Below are positions 37,309 to 47,064 of a stretch of DNA of 57,340 nucleotides, piece by piece; position 1 is the first letter of the stretch; every line of letters begins with the position of its first letter. The DNA comes from a virus (lineage: Duplodnaviria > Caudoviricetes). The position numbers and the translations under genes are program-made. The notes under the pieces were generated by a model that saw only the letters and a program-made list of their open reading frames with translations, had not been told where the DNA came from and did not search any database. The stretch is from positions 1 through 57,340 of the IMG/VR virus record IMGVR_UViG_3300030102_001647. One strand, written 5' to 3'.

Positions 37309-37431
37309 AGAATAATGTTAGCGGGTGTTGTATTAAGCTCCCCTTTAAATTAAAGTAAGAATATTTTAGCATGTTTTTTTTAGACACACAATAGGCTTAC
37401 ATACATCATTTATGCAATACGAGTATTATTT

Positions 37432-38964
37432 ATGCAAGACAGTGACATTCTTACTACACATGTAAATTTCAACAATACACTTAATAGATATATACAGAAG
37501 AAAGCTAAACAAGACTTCTTAACTTACGTTAGACTTGTAGCCCCAACTCTTGTAACAGACTTCAAGATGGGTAGACACATAGAGTTATTGTGTGATAGAC
37601 TACAGAAGGTAGCAGAGGGTAACTTAAAAAGGTTAATGATATTCTTGCCACCCCGTTCTAGTAAATCTTTAATAACAAGTAAACTATTTCCATCATGGTA
37701 TATAGGACACTTTAGTAATCACGAGATTATGTCTATCTCACACAGTGACCAATTAGCTAGTGACTTTGGGCGTAGTGTTAGGGATATAGTTAATGATGAA
37801 CAGTTTCAACGTATCTTCAAGGGTGTGTCTCTACGAAGTGATGTGAAGGCTGCAGGTAAATGGAAGACTAACCACAATGGTTCTTACTATGCTGCAGGTG
37901 TTAGGTCACAGATTGCTGGTCGTGGTGCGCACCTAGCATTACTAGATGATGTTATGTCTGAGGAAGATTCATTCTCAGAAGCAGGACGTAGATATATCAA
38001 AGAGTGGTGGCCTAGTGGTTTACGTACACGCTTAATGCCTAATGGTTCTATTATTATTATTAACACAAGATACCACTATGATGATTTGTGTGGTTGGTTA
38101 TTAAAACAAGAAAACGAATTAACAGAAAACAAATGGGAAGTAATTAGTATACCAGCATGGCTTGACGAGACAGCTGCAGACCTGTTAGGTTTAGAAGAAG
38201 GTAGTAGTTATTTTCCTGAGTGGAAACCAGATGAGGTATTAAAAACAGATGAACAAGAAATACGGGCTAGTAATGGGTCTAGGTATTGGGACGCTTTGTA
38301 CATGCAAAATCCGTCACCAGATGAAGGTGGGATTATCAAGAAGACGTGGTTTGAGTGGTGGGAGTATGAAGACCCACCGCAATGCGAGCTTGTTATCCAG
38401 ACTTATGACACAGCCTTCTCGACGAGGAAGACAGCAGACTATAGTGTCATCCAAACGTGGGGCATCTTTCACCAAGTCGAAGAAGACGAATACGGATACG
38501 AAAGCATCGTACCAAACCTCATTCTTCTTGGGAATGTCAAAGACCGCTTCGAGTATCCTGACCTTCGCAGAACGGCGCAGGTTCTCTACCAGAAACATAA
38601 GCCAGATATCTGCATTATTGAGAAGAAAGCTTCTGGTCAATCGTTGCTACAAGATATGCGCAAAGCAGGACTACCTGTTCTGGACTACCTGCCGGATAGA
38701 GACAAAGTATCGCGTGTCTATGCCGCTACGCCTATTATGGAGTCGGGCCGCTTATATATCCCGAAAGGAAAAGAATGGGCGAAGGATTTATTCGACGAGT
38801 GTTTGGCCTTTCCGAATGGCGCACATGATGACCAAGTAGATGCAATGACTATGGCAATACACTATATGAAGGATAGTTGGAATGTAACACACCCTGAAGA
38901 CCCTAGCTGGGAAGATGATTATAATCCTCGTAGACAAAAGAGGGTTGGATACTGGAGGACTTAG
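37432..38964 (+). CDS. terL: Terminase large subunit
   Basis: PPRSSKS Walker A, GRGAHLALLDD, NTRYHYDDL, YDTAFS, IEKKASG and FPNGAHDDQVDA. Confidence 0.95.
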   Translation: MQDSDILTTHVNFNNTLNRYIQKKAKQDFLTYVRLVAPTLVTDFKMGRHIELLCDRLQKVAEGNLKRLMIFLPPRSSKSLITSKLFPSWYIGHFSNHEIMSISHSDQLASDFGRSVRDIVNDEQFQRIFKGVSLRSDVKAAGKWKTNHNGSYYAAGVRSQIAGRGAHLALLDDVMSEEDSFSEAGRRYIKEWWPSGLRTRLMPNGSIIIINTRYHYDDLCGWLLKQENELTENKWEVISIPAWLDETAADLLGLEEGSSYFPEWKPDEVLKTDEQEIRASNGSRYWDALYMQNPSPDEGGIIKKTWFEWWEYEDPPQCELVIQTYDTAFSTRKTADYSVIQTWGIFHQVEEDEYGYESIVPNLILLGNVKDRFEYPDLRRTAQVLYQKHKPDICIIEKKASGQSLLQDMRKAGLPVLDYLPDRDKVSRVYAATPIMESGRLYIPKGKEWAKDLFDECLAFPNGAHDDQVDAMTMAIHYMKDSWNVTHPEDPSWEDDYNPRRQKRVGYWRT

Positions 38965-38973
38965 TGTTATAAT
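38945..38973 (+). promoter_or_regulatory. sigma70-type promoter
   Basis: TTGGAT-17 bp-TATAAT with extended TG. Confidence 0.55.
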
Positions 38974-39007
38974 AAGGGCATCCGTAATTTACTAATAGGA
39001 GAGTAAA

Positions 39008-39211
39008 ATGGTTTTAGGTATAATATCCGCAGGAAAAGCTTTAGGTAAAATAAAAGAAGATAAAGAAAAAAAGAAAAAAGAAAAACTAAAGCGTATGCAG
39101 CAACAACAAGCACCGCAAAGAAAAAAAGATTCTATGTTACTAAAAAAAGGCGGTAAAGTTTCTAAAGCTAAAAAGAAAAAAGGCGGCGCACCTCATAATA
39201 GATTATATTAA
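39008..39211 (+). CDS. Small Lys-rich protein with KKGG motifs, ending HNRLY
   Basis: AGGAG RBS; composition. Confidence 0.7.
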   Translation: MVLGIISAGKALGKIKEDKEKKKKEKLKRMQQQQAPQRKKDSMLLKKGGKVSKAKKKKGGAPHNRLY

Positions 39212-39225
39212 CAGGAGTAAATTAA

Positions 39226-39408
39226 ATGGTTATGAAAAAGAAAAGCAAGGGCTATCGTGCTGGCGGCAAGATGAAAAGCAAAGGCTATCGTGCTGGTGGT
39301 AAAATGAAAACTAAAATGATGCGTAAGGGAGGCAAAGCTTCAGGAATGTCAGTAGCAAAACTACGGGCTGAAGCTAAGAAAAAGGGGTACAAGCTGGTTA
39401 AGTCTTAA
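39226..39408 (+). CDS. Small Lys-rich protein with tandem KSKGYRAGGKM
   Basis: AGGAG RBS; 33-bp imperfect tandem duplication at 39241-39306. Confidence 0.7.
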   Translation: MVMKKKSKGYRAGGKMKSKGYRAGGKMKTKMMRKGGKASGMSVAKLRAEAKKKGYKLVKS

Positions 39409-40079
39409 TGGCTTACCTGCAAAGCAACATCCCGCATTTTAAATGTTGGGTGCGTCGTGAGTATACCCATAACCACGAAGCTTATCATGGAGAGTTTTTA
39501 CATGCTATGGCAATCGCTGTTACAACGATGCCAAATAGATGTTTAAGTTTTCAAGTTATTTTTACTGGTATAGCACCAGAAGGAGAAAAGGACGATACAG
39601 TACACGGTGGAGCTATGTGGGCTAGGATGCCTATTACGGCTCTGGTAGGAGATATTCCTTTAGACGAGTGGCCTGAACCTATGGATGTTCACAATGCTCA
39701 ACCTTGGGACTGTTCTTCAAACCATCATGCGGTGTATGTATTAGATAGAGCAACACCTTGTCCGTGGTTAGCTAAGATAGATGGTAACATGTATCCTGCT
39801 AAATATTTATTTACTGTTGACTATACAGAAAGTGAAATAGCAGATGACCCTGCACAACATAAACAAAGTCATGTTATGTGTTTATTAGATGCAGGAGAAT
39901 GGACAGGTAATATTGTAGCATTGCCTAATAATCGAGTAAGGGTAACACACCCTGCTTGGTTTGAAACAGGAGAAGGCGCACCAGACTTTAAACCTTCTGC
40001 TCACATACACTATAGTAAAAGTGATTTAGATTACACACTAGATACAAATAGAATATTCGATAATTTATATAATGAATAA
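39408..40079 (+). CDS. Conserved marine phage hypothetical protein
   Basis: MAYLQSNIPHFKCWVRREY, HGGAMWARMPI, AQPWDC and ALPNNRVR. Confidence 0.75.
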   Translation: MAYLQSNIPHFKCWVRREYTHNHEAYHGEFLHAMAIAVTTMPNRCLSFQVIFTGIAPEGEKDDTVHGGAMWARMPITALVGDIPLDEWPEPMDVHNAQPWDCSSNHHAVYVLDRATPCPWLAKIDGNMYPAKYLFTVDYTESEIADDPAQHKQSHVMCLLDAGEWTGNIVALPNNRVRVTHPAWFETGEGAPDFKPSAHIHYSKSDLDYTLDTNRIFDNLYNE

Positions 40080-40374
40080 ACCACGTATACCAAGAAAGAA
40101 GGGACAACCTGCAGGGAGTAAGAAACACTCTGACCTGTATACTGATGAGAATCCAAAGGGTACTATTCGTGGTTTAAAGTTTGACACACCTGCTAATGCT
40201 AAGTCTAGTATTACTAAGATAAAGCGTAGTGGTAGAACACACGCACATAAAATACAAGCTGCTATTGCAATGGAACAGAGAGCAAAGGTTGCTGGTAAAA
40301 AACAGTCTGCTTCAGTTTATAGAAAGTATATAAATGAGATGAAACAGAAAACCAAACAACGTAGGAAAGCATAA
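40072..40374 (+). CDS. Basic protein (DLYTDENPKGTI motif)
   Basis: K/R-rich; coupled to the portal start. Confidence 0.7.
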   Translation: MNKPRIPRKKGQPAGSKKHSDLYTDENPKGTIRGLKFDTPANAKSSITKIKRSGRTHAHKIQAAIAMEQRAKVAGKKQSASVYRKYINEMKQKTKQRRKA

Positions 40375-42878
40375 TGGCTACAGAAAAAAATCCATACGAC
40401 CAAATACCAACTGATAATGTAATACAAATAAAAGCAGAAGAACCTATGTCTGCTAATGTATCTTATCAGGTTGACCCTGAAACAGGAGAGGTTGAAGTAG
40501 ACTTCCAAGCAGAAGGTGCTGAGATAGAAGTTGAGATTGAAATTGAAACAGAGTTTTATGAAAACCTAGTAGATAAACTAGATGAAGAAACTTTACAAGA
40601 AATAGGTCGAGGTGTTATTGATAGATACGAAGTAGACAAAGATTCTCGTGCTGAGTGGGAGTCTATGTTTGAAAGGGGTTTTGACCTTCTTGGTTTAAAA
40701 CTAGAAGATACTACTGAGCCATTTGAGGGAGCAGCTACTGCTGTACACCCACTACTAATTGAATCAGCAGTTAAGTTTCAATCTAAAGCATCACAAGAAT
40801 TATTTCCATCTAAAGGACCAGTGAAAGCACAAGTCTTAGGTGATGCCACAATACAAAAACAACAACAAGCTAATCGTGTTCAAAACTTTATGAACTATCA
40901 GGTTACAACACAGATGCCTGAATACTTTGATGAGTTTGAGCGTATGTTGTTTCATCTACCTTTGATTGGTTCTTCAATTAAGAAAATTTATTATGATTCT
41001 AGTCTTGGTCGTCCTGTTTCTGAGTTTGTTCCTATTGACCAGTTTTATGTATCTTACTTTGCAACTGACCTTAGAAGAGCAGACCGTTATACTCATGTTA
41101 TATATCGCAGCCCTGTCGATATGGCTAGGTGCATAGATTCTGGAATGTATGCTGATGTAGAATTACCTAATGCAGGTATTCCACAATTATCAGGTATGGC
41201 AGAAAAGATGGATACTGTTCTTGGTCTTTCTCCTGCTGGAGATAATGACCCACAGTATGTATTACTTGAACAACATTGTTATCTTGAAATGCCTGAAGAC
41301 AAAATGCATGATGGTAAACGAGCATGTCCTTATATTGTAACAGTAGAAGAATCTACTGGAGCCGTTTTATCAATTCGTCGTAATTGGAAAGAAGAGGATG
41401 AACGATATGAGAAGAAGATGCACTTCACCCATTACAGGTATGTCCCTGGTTTTGGTTTCTATGGGCTGGGGCTTATTCACTTCCTTGGCAATCTTACTAT
41501 GTCTGCCACTGCTGCTATGCGCAGTCTTTTGGACGCAGGGCAGTTTGCTAACCTACCGGGTGGCTTTAAAGCTAAAGGAGTACGAATCGTGGGTGACAAT
41601 GACCCGATTGCTCCGGGTGAGTTTAAAGAGGTCGAGGCTACGGGTGTTGATTTATCTAAGGCTATTGTTCCTCTTCCCTTTAAAGAGCCTTCTGGCACTT
41701 TGTTTAACATGCTCAGTTTTGTTACAGGGGCTGGTCAAAAATTTGCAGACTCCACCGAACAAGTAATTGCAGATAGTAAAGGTTATGGTCCTGTTGGTAC
41801 AACTATGGCACTACTTGAGGCTTCAAGTAAATTCTTTAGTGCTATTCATAAAAGACTACACAAGGCACAAGGAGATGAGTTTAAAATTCTTGCTCGTGTT
41901 GATTATGAGTATTTACCAAATGAATATCCTTACAAACTTCCGGGGTGTCTTGAAAAAGTATTTAAAAGAGACTTTAATGGTGATGTAGATATTGTTCCAG
42001 TATCTGACCCTAACATTCCTTCTAATGCTCAACGTATGTTGTTAATTCAAATGGTACAACAGATTGCAGCACAATCTCCTCCTGATATGTTTGATATGGA
42101 AGCAATTAATCGTATGCTTCTTACAACTGCAAATGTACCAGATGTAGATAAACTTATGCCTTATAAAGAGGAGGCACAGCCACAAGACCCACTATCAGAT
42201 ATTAAGTCTGCTAATAAAGGTAATCCTATTAAAGCGTTTAAAGGACAGAATCATGATGCGCATATGCAAGTTAAGGGTGCTTACATACAAGACCCAATGA
42301 ATCAACAAACAAATCCTGCATTTGCTAAAGTTGCTGGTGCATTACAAGCTAATATATCAGAACATGCAATGTTAAAATATGAAGAACAAATTGAAGGTCT
42401 AACAATGCAAGCAATGCAAGACCCGCAGGTTGCTGCTATGTTAGCACAAATGCCTGACCCTGTTGCTGCAATGCAAGCACAAGCTGCGCAACAAATTATG
42501 CAAGCAGGTATGGCTATGGCACAACAAAGACAAGCAGGTACACCTGAAGCTCAAATGGTACAACTTGAAGCACAACGTCTTGGTATTGAACAAGATAAAT
42601 TACAAGCTGGTCTTGCTAAAGAACAAATTGAAGCTTCACTTAAACAGCGTGACCTTGATTTAAAAGAACAAAAAATTATTCTTGATGCGCAAAAAGCTGG
42701 TGCTAGTGATGCACTAAAAGATGCTCAGAAAGAAGAGGACAGAAATAATAAACGTGTTCTCAAAGCTATGGACTTGATTGGTGACTTAATGAAGGCACAG
42801 GAGGCTAATGAATTAGAGGAGTCAAAAGCAGTTGCAAATCTTTTAATGCAATTTATTAAAGAAGGTAAAAATATTTGA
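40374..42878 (+). CDS. Portal protein
   Basis: 834 aa after terL; EPFEGA...HPLL, FYGLGLIH, PVGTTMALLE and a Gln-rich C-terminal barrel. Confidence 0.88.
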   Translation: MATEKNPYDQIPTDNVIQIKAEEPMSANVSYQVDPETGEVEVDFQAEGAEIEVEIEIETEFYENLVDKLDEETLQEIGRGVIDRYEVDKDSRAEWESMFERGFDLLGLKLEDTTEPFEGAATAVHPLLIESAVKFQSKASQELFPSKGPVKAQVLGDATIQKQQQANRVQNFMNYQVTTQMPEYFDEFERMLFHLPLIGSSIKKIYYDSSLGRPVSEFVPIDQFYVSYFATDLRRADRYTHVIYRSPVDMARCIDSGMYADVELPNAGIPQLSGMAEKMDTVLGLSPAGDNDPQYVLLEQHCYLEMPEDKMHDGKRACPYIVTVEESTGAVLSIRRNWKEEDERYEKKMHFTHYRYVPGFGFYGLGLIHFLGNLTMSATAAMRSLLDAGQFANLPGGFKAKGVRIVGDNDPIAPGEFKEVEATGVDLSKAIVPLPFKEPSGTLFNMLSFVTGAGQKFADSTEQVIADSKGYGPVGTTMALLEASSKFFSAIHKRLHKAQGDEFKILARVDYEYLPNEYPYKLPGCLEKVFKRDFNGDVDIVPVSDPNIPSNAQRMLLIQMVQQIAAQSPPDMFDMEAINRMLLTTANVPDVDKLMPYKEEAQPQDPLSDIKSANKGNPIKAFKGQNHDAHMQVKGAYIQDPMNQQTNPAFAKVAGALQANISEHAMLKYEEQIEGLTMQAMQDPQVAAMLAQMPDPVAAMQAQAAQQIMQAGMAMAQQRQAGTPEAQMVQLEAQRLGIEQDKLQAGLAKEQIEASLKQRDLDLKEQKIILDAQKAGASDALKDAQKEEDRNNKRVLKAMDLIGDLMKAQEANELEESKAVANLLMQFIKEGKNI

Positions 42879-43060
42879 CACTCTACGAAAATTTAGTTAT
42901 AGAACTTCAAAAAGAAATTGATGAAGTAAAAAATTCGCTTGCATATGGAAGTGTTTCGGATTATCCTAGTTATCGTGAAGCTGTTGGAAAAATTAACGGC
43001 TTTGAGATTTCAATTAGTATAATTAAAGATACTACCAATAGATATATTGAAGAGGATTAA
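42875..43060 (+). CDS. Small conserved protein between portal and GroES
   Basis: LAYG...YREAVGKING motif; TTGA overlap with the portal stop. Confidence 0.65.
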   Translation: MTLYENLVIELQKEIDEVKNSLAYGSVSDYPSYREAVGKINGFEISISIIKDTTNRYIEED

Positions 43061-43061
43061 T

Positions 43062-43469
43062 ATGCAAGCAATTTCTAATGCAATAAAAAATGATGAATGG
43101 ATTACAGATGCTGAAGTTCCTGACCCAGAAGTTTTACCGGAAATACCGGGTTACAATGTTTTGGTTCGCCCTGTATCTGTTAAATCTGAGACTAAAGGTG
43201 GAATTATTCTACCAGACTCTATCAAATCGGATATGGCTTACCTTACTACAGTGGGCAGGGTCTTACGAGTGGGTAATCTTGCTTATGCTGATGATAAATT
43301 TAAAGGTCGCCCGTGGTGTAAGGAAGGTGACTACATATGTTATGGAAAGCATAGCGGAACTAAGTTCTTTTATAAAGGTATTCAGCTATTGCTTATTTTC
43401 GATGACGATGTTAAAATGGTAGTTGAAGATTCAAAAGATTTAGACCCCACCTACAATTTATCTAACTAA
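43062..43469 (+). CDS. groES: Co-chaperonin GroES-like protein
   Basis: PGYNVLVRP...TKGGIILP...VGRVLRVG...WCKEGD...KHSG...DDDV. Confidence 0.88.
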   Translation: MQAISNAIKNDEWITDAEVPDPEVLPEIPGYNVLVRPVSVKSETKGGIILPDSIKSDMAYLTTVGRVLRVGNLAYADDKFKGRPWCKEGDYICYGKHSGTKFFYKGIQLLLIFDDDVKMVVEDSKDLDPTYNLSN

Positions 43470-43475
43470 GCACTA

Positions 43476-43504
43476 TTGCGAAATAATAATACATAATATA
43501 TAAT
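43476..43504 (+). promoter_or_regulatory. sigma70-type promoter for the head operon
   Basis: TTGCGA-17 bp-TATAAT. Confidence 0.6.
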
Positions 43505-43560
43505 ATATAGGAACAGCGTAATTCGTCTTTTTCGCTGTGGACGTTAAAAGGAGTAAAAAC

Positions 43561-44556
43561 ATGTCACAGACTGAATGGTCTACAATTGAGCCTACAAAGG
43601 CTGAACAAGAAAAAATAGAATATGAAATAGAAGGAGAAGAGCCAGAGCAACAAATAGAAGCTGCTGCTCCAGAAGAAAAAGAAGAAGCTCCTCCACAAGA
43701 AGAACAACCTCAAGCCGCTGTTGAGGAATCTACTAAACCAGAAGAACCAAAAGAACTTGATGGTATAGAAACTTCCGGCGCACAAAAAAGAATTAGGCAA
43801 CTCGTAAAACAAAAAAAAGAACGAGAAGAAGAAATAGAAAAACTAGTTGCCGCTAATAAAGAAATGCAGGTAAAGCTGCAATCTCAAGAAGATGAATATA
43901 AAAAAGCATTATTAGAAAATGCAACATCTTCTGAAAGCCAAGTTAAAGAAAGACTTGAATTAGCTAGAGATGCTTATAAACGTGCTGTAGACAGTGGAGA
44001 CTCTGATTTAATTCTACGAGCGCAAGAAGCTTTAAATTCTGCACAACAAGATACTACTCGTTTTGCTGACTATAAAAAAGAACTAGATTCTTACACAGTA
44101 CAACAAGAACAACCACAACCTGAAGCTATTCAACAAGCCTCCACTTATCAAGGATATGATGAAAAAGCTATTATGTGGGCGCATAAAAACGAATGGTTTA
44201 ATACAGACCAAGTTATGACAGCTGCTGCTCTTGCAATTGATGCGCAGCTAAAAGAAGAGGGATATGACCCTTCTGAAGATGAATTTTATCTGGAAGTAGA
44301 TAAGCGTATTGCTAATACATTTCCACATAAATTTGGTGGCAATGCTGCCAACCCCGTACCGCAGGAAACGTCACAACCTGCTCAAGTGGTCGCTGGAGCT
44401 TCACGCACTCCGTCAACCTCATCAAGCAAGAAAGTAAAACTCACACAAGAGGATGTACGTCTTGCTAATAAGTGGGGTATATCACTTGAACAGTATGCAG
44501 CCGAGAAACTCAAAGTTGAAAACTCTGATGGCGAGTATACTACAATTAACCGATAG
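43561..44556 (+). CDS. Capsid scaffolding protein
   Basis: Acidic coiled coil; AQKRIRQL, W..KNEWF and C-terminal VKLT...LANKWGISLEQYA; upstream of MCP. Confidence 0.75.
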   Translation: MSQTEWSTIEPTKAEQEKIEYEIEGEEPEQQIEAAAPEEKEEAPPQEEQPQAAVEESTKPEEPKELDGIETSGAQKRIRQLVKQKKEREEEIEKLVAANKEMQVKLQSQEDEYKKALLENATSSESQVKERLELARDAYKRAVDSGDSDLILRAQEALNSAQQDTTRFADYKKELDSYTVQQEQPQPEAIQQASTYQGYDEKAIMWAHKNEWFNTDQVMTAAALAIDAQLKEEGYDPSEDEFYLEVDKRIANTFPHKFGGNAANPVPQETSQPAQVVAGASRTPSTSSSKKVKLTQEDVRLANKWGISLEQYAAEKLKVENSDGEYTTINR

Positions 44557-44571
44557 CGTGGAGGAAACCCA

Positions 44572-45060
44572 ATGACAAGTAAAAAAACACGAGAAACCCA
44601 GAGTCGTGAACTGGAAACCAGAGAACAAGAAACATACGAATATCGTGAACCAAATCTTTTAGATATTCCTGAATCTGTAGTTAATAGATTTACAAATGAT
44701 GGAATGACACTTCGTTGGATACGTATAACCCTAAAAGGAAATGATGATTATACAAATGTGGGTAAACGACTAGCTGAAGGCTGGGAGTTTGTTAATCTGG
44801 ATGAAGTACCTGAAATGGCACATACTTCAATGGTGAAGGATGATGGTCGTTACAAAGGTACAATTTGTCGAGGAGATTTAGCCCTTGTCAAAATGCCGAA
44901 AGGTAAAGCTATGGCTCGACAAAAACATTTTGAAAACGCATCTGCGGAAATGGTACATGCTGTAAATTCACAACTTGAAAATGCTAGTGACCGCCGTATG
45001 CCTATTTCAAACTCAAGTAAAACCAATGTAACTAAGGGTCGTTCTCCACAGTTCGATTAA
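44572..45060 (+). CDS. Head-module protein
   Basis: LRWIR, EGWEFV and GDLALVKMP. Confidence 0.65.
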   Translation: MTSKKTRETQSRELETREQETYEYREPNLLDIPESVVNRFTNDGMTLRWIRITLKGNDDYTNVGKRLAEGWEFVNLDEVPEMAHTSMVKDDGRYKGTICRGDLALVKMPKGKAMARQKHFENASAEMVHAVNSQLENASDRRMPISNSSKTNVTKGRSPQFD

Positions 45061-45100
45061 AATATTTAGCCTTGGTTACACAGATTAGGAGAAAAATAAG

Positions 45101-45688
45101 ATGACTGCAACTTATGCACCTAATGGTTTAACTCCTACCCGTATTCGTGGTGGCGCACCAAATTCAAATGGTACTAATGAGTACCCAATTAAATCTGGTG
45201 ATGCTAACACAATATTCACTGGACAACCTGTCCGTGTATCCGCTGGGCATATTACTGCTGTTATTTCAGTGGGACTATCGCCTGTTGGTGTTTTCCAAGG
45301 CTGTCGGTATGTAGAAGACGGGGAACAGAAGTTTAAATCATATTGGCCCGGTGGCACATCAGCCACTAACGCTGTAGGTCTTGTAGTAGATAATCCTGCT
45401 CAAGTCTACGAAATTCAATGCGACTCATCAGTCACTGCTGCGGCTGTCGGCGCAACTATGTCGTTCAACGCAGTTACCTCTGGTTCTACCTTTACAGGTC
45501 GTTCCGGCGCAGGTGCTGATGGTTCAACAGTTGCTACAACAGGACTAGACCTCAAGGTCATTCGTGTTGTTGATGAACCCGGTAATGTAACTGGTGACGC
45601 TAAAACTAAAATTGAAGTACTACTGAATCTGCATGAAGACAACTTCCGTAACGTCTTTGTGACTGCTCCAGTAACAACAACTAACTAG
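45101..45688 (+). CDS. Putative capsid decoration/minor capsid protein
   Basis: APNGLTP, IFTGQPV and GVFQGCRY; immediately upstream of MCP. Confidence 0.6.
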   Translation: MTATYAPNGLTPTRIRGGAPNSNGTNEYPIKSGDANTIFTGQPVRVSAGHITAVISVGLSPVGVFQGCRYVEDGEQKFKSYWPGGTSATNAVGLVVDNPAQVYEIQCDSSVTAAAVGATMSFNAVTSGSTFTGRSGAGADGSTVATTGLDLKVIRVVDEPGNVTGDAKTKIEVLLNLHEDNFRNVFVTAPVTTTN

Positions 45689-45703
45689 GGGAGATAAATA
45701 ACA

Positions 45704-46648
45704 ATGGCTATAAATAGAGCATCTATTGCTAAAGAGCTTCTCCCCGGTCTTAATGCCGTATTCGGTCTTGAGTATGGGGAAGTCTCTGATGAACACGCTC
45801 CACTGTTTGAAACTGAGAACAGTGACCGTGCTTTCGAGGAAGAGGTTCTTTTCACTGGCTTCGGTACTGCACCTGTAAAAGGTGAAGGTGCTGCTGTTTC
45901 TTACGACGACGCTTCTGAAAGCTTTACATCTCGTTACACACACGAGACTATTGCTCTTGGATTTGCTGTCACAGAAGAAGCTATGGAAGATAATCTTTAT
46001 GACACATTCGCCAAGTTACGTGCCAAAGGTTTGGCTCGTGCAATGGCTAACACAAAACAAGTTAAAGCTGCTGACGTATTTAACAACGGTTTTAACTCAA
46101 GCTTTGCTGGTGGTGATGGACAACCGTTCTTCTCCAACGCACACCCGACTATTGGGGATGGCAACCAAAGTAACTTGCTTACTGCTGCTGACCTGTCGGA
46201 AGCTTCGCTGGAAACTGCTCTTATCAGCATTTCCAAAATCAAAGATGACCGTGGTATCTTAATTGGCGCACAAGCCGAAAGCCTCCACATTCCATCTGAC
46301 TTGGCGTTTGTTGCTGACCAAGTTCTAAACAGCACAATGTCAACAACTATTGGGGTTAACCCAACAACTGCAGCTAATGGTGCAACAAATGTAAACGATA
46401 TTAACTCTATCAGAAACCAAGGACTTATTCCCGGTGGTTTCTTTGTGAACCGTCGCTTTACAGATACAAACGCATTCTTCATCAAAACTGATGTTCCGAA
46501 TGGCGCAAAAATGTTTGTACGTTCACCATTGCAAACCAAAATGGAACCAGATTTCGATACAGGAAACCTTCGCTTTAAAGCTCGTGAGCGTTATAGCTTT
46601 GGCTTCTCTGATTGGAGAGGTTACTTTGGTAATGCTGGTTCTTCCTAA
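45704..46648 (+). CDS. Major capsid protein
   Basis: MAINRASIAKELLPGLNAVFGLEY...SDRAFEE...DFDTGNLRFKARERYSFG; followed by a strong terminator. Confidence 0.9.
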   Translation: MAINRASIAKELLPGLNAVFGLEYGEVSDEHAPLFETENSDRAFEEEVLFTGFGTAPVKGEGAAVSYDDASESFTSRYTHETIALGFAVTEEAMEDNLYDTFAKLRAKGLARAMANTKQVKAADVFNNGFNSSFAGGDGQPFFSNAHPTIGDGNQSNLLTAADLSEASLETALISISKIKDDRGILIGAQAESLHIPSDLAFVADQVLNSTMSTTIGVNPTTAANGATNVNDINSIRNQGLIPGGFFVNRRFTDTNAFFIKTDVPNGAKMFVRSPLQTKMEPDFDTGNLRFKARERYSFGFSDWRGYFGNAGSS

Positions 46649-46685
46649 GAACTAGTGTAACACAAAAACTTAATTAAAGTTTTAT

Positions 46686-46717
46686 GGGGAAAGGTCGTTG
46701 TATCTTTCCCCTTTTTT
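46686..46717 (+). terminator. Intrinsic terminator after MCP
   Basis: GGGGAAAGGT/ATCTTTCCCC stem followed by TTTTTT. Confidence 0.85.
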
Positions 46718-46726
46718 GTGTATAAT
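46698..46726 (+). promoter_or_regulatory. sigma70-type promoter nested in the MCP terminator
   Basis: TTGTAT-17 bp-TATAAT. Confidence 0.6.
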
Positions 46727-46758
46727 AGGTGTATCTGATTATAACTAGGAGTATTAAT

Positions 46759-47064
46759 ATGACAACAAATCTTAGAGTATCTTTTGTATCTACATCAGGA
46801 GATGCAGTTGATGCAGCAAGCGGAAAAGCTGTAAAGGATACACGGATACGTGCTATTCATGCTACTGGTGTTGGTGATTTTATAATTGCTGGAACATCTA
46901 CAGACCCTTTTGGAACTGTAACAGGAAACATTATTAAATTTACTAATACTACAGCAAATGATAGCACAGACCAATATTATAGTGATAATGGTATTAGAAT
47001 GACAGGAACTGTTTCTGTAGCTTTACCAGTTAGTGCAGCAACTGTGACTCTTTACTATGGCTAA
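46759..47064 (+). CDS. Small structural protein
   Basis: AGGAG RBS; beta-rich, ends VTLYYG. Confidence 0.6.
   Translation: MTTNLRVSFVSTSGDAVDAASGKAVKDTRIRAIHATGVGDFIIAGTSTDPFGTVTGNIIKFTNTTANDSTDQYYSDNGIRMTGTVSVALPVSAATVTLYYG

Larger units (their letters stand above)
36800..37430. other. Non-coding divergence region, likely genome termini/origin
   Basis: AT-rich, no credible ORF, lies between divergent arms; 18-bp direct repeat TTAGGAGCTTTCTCACAA at 37121-37138 and 37204-37221. Confidence 0.55.
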
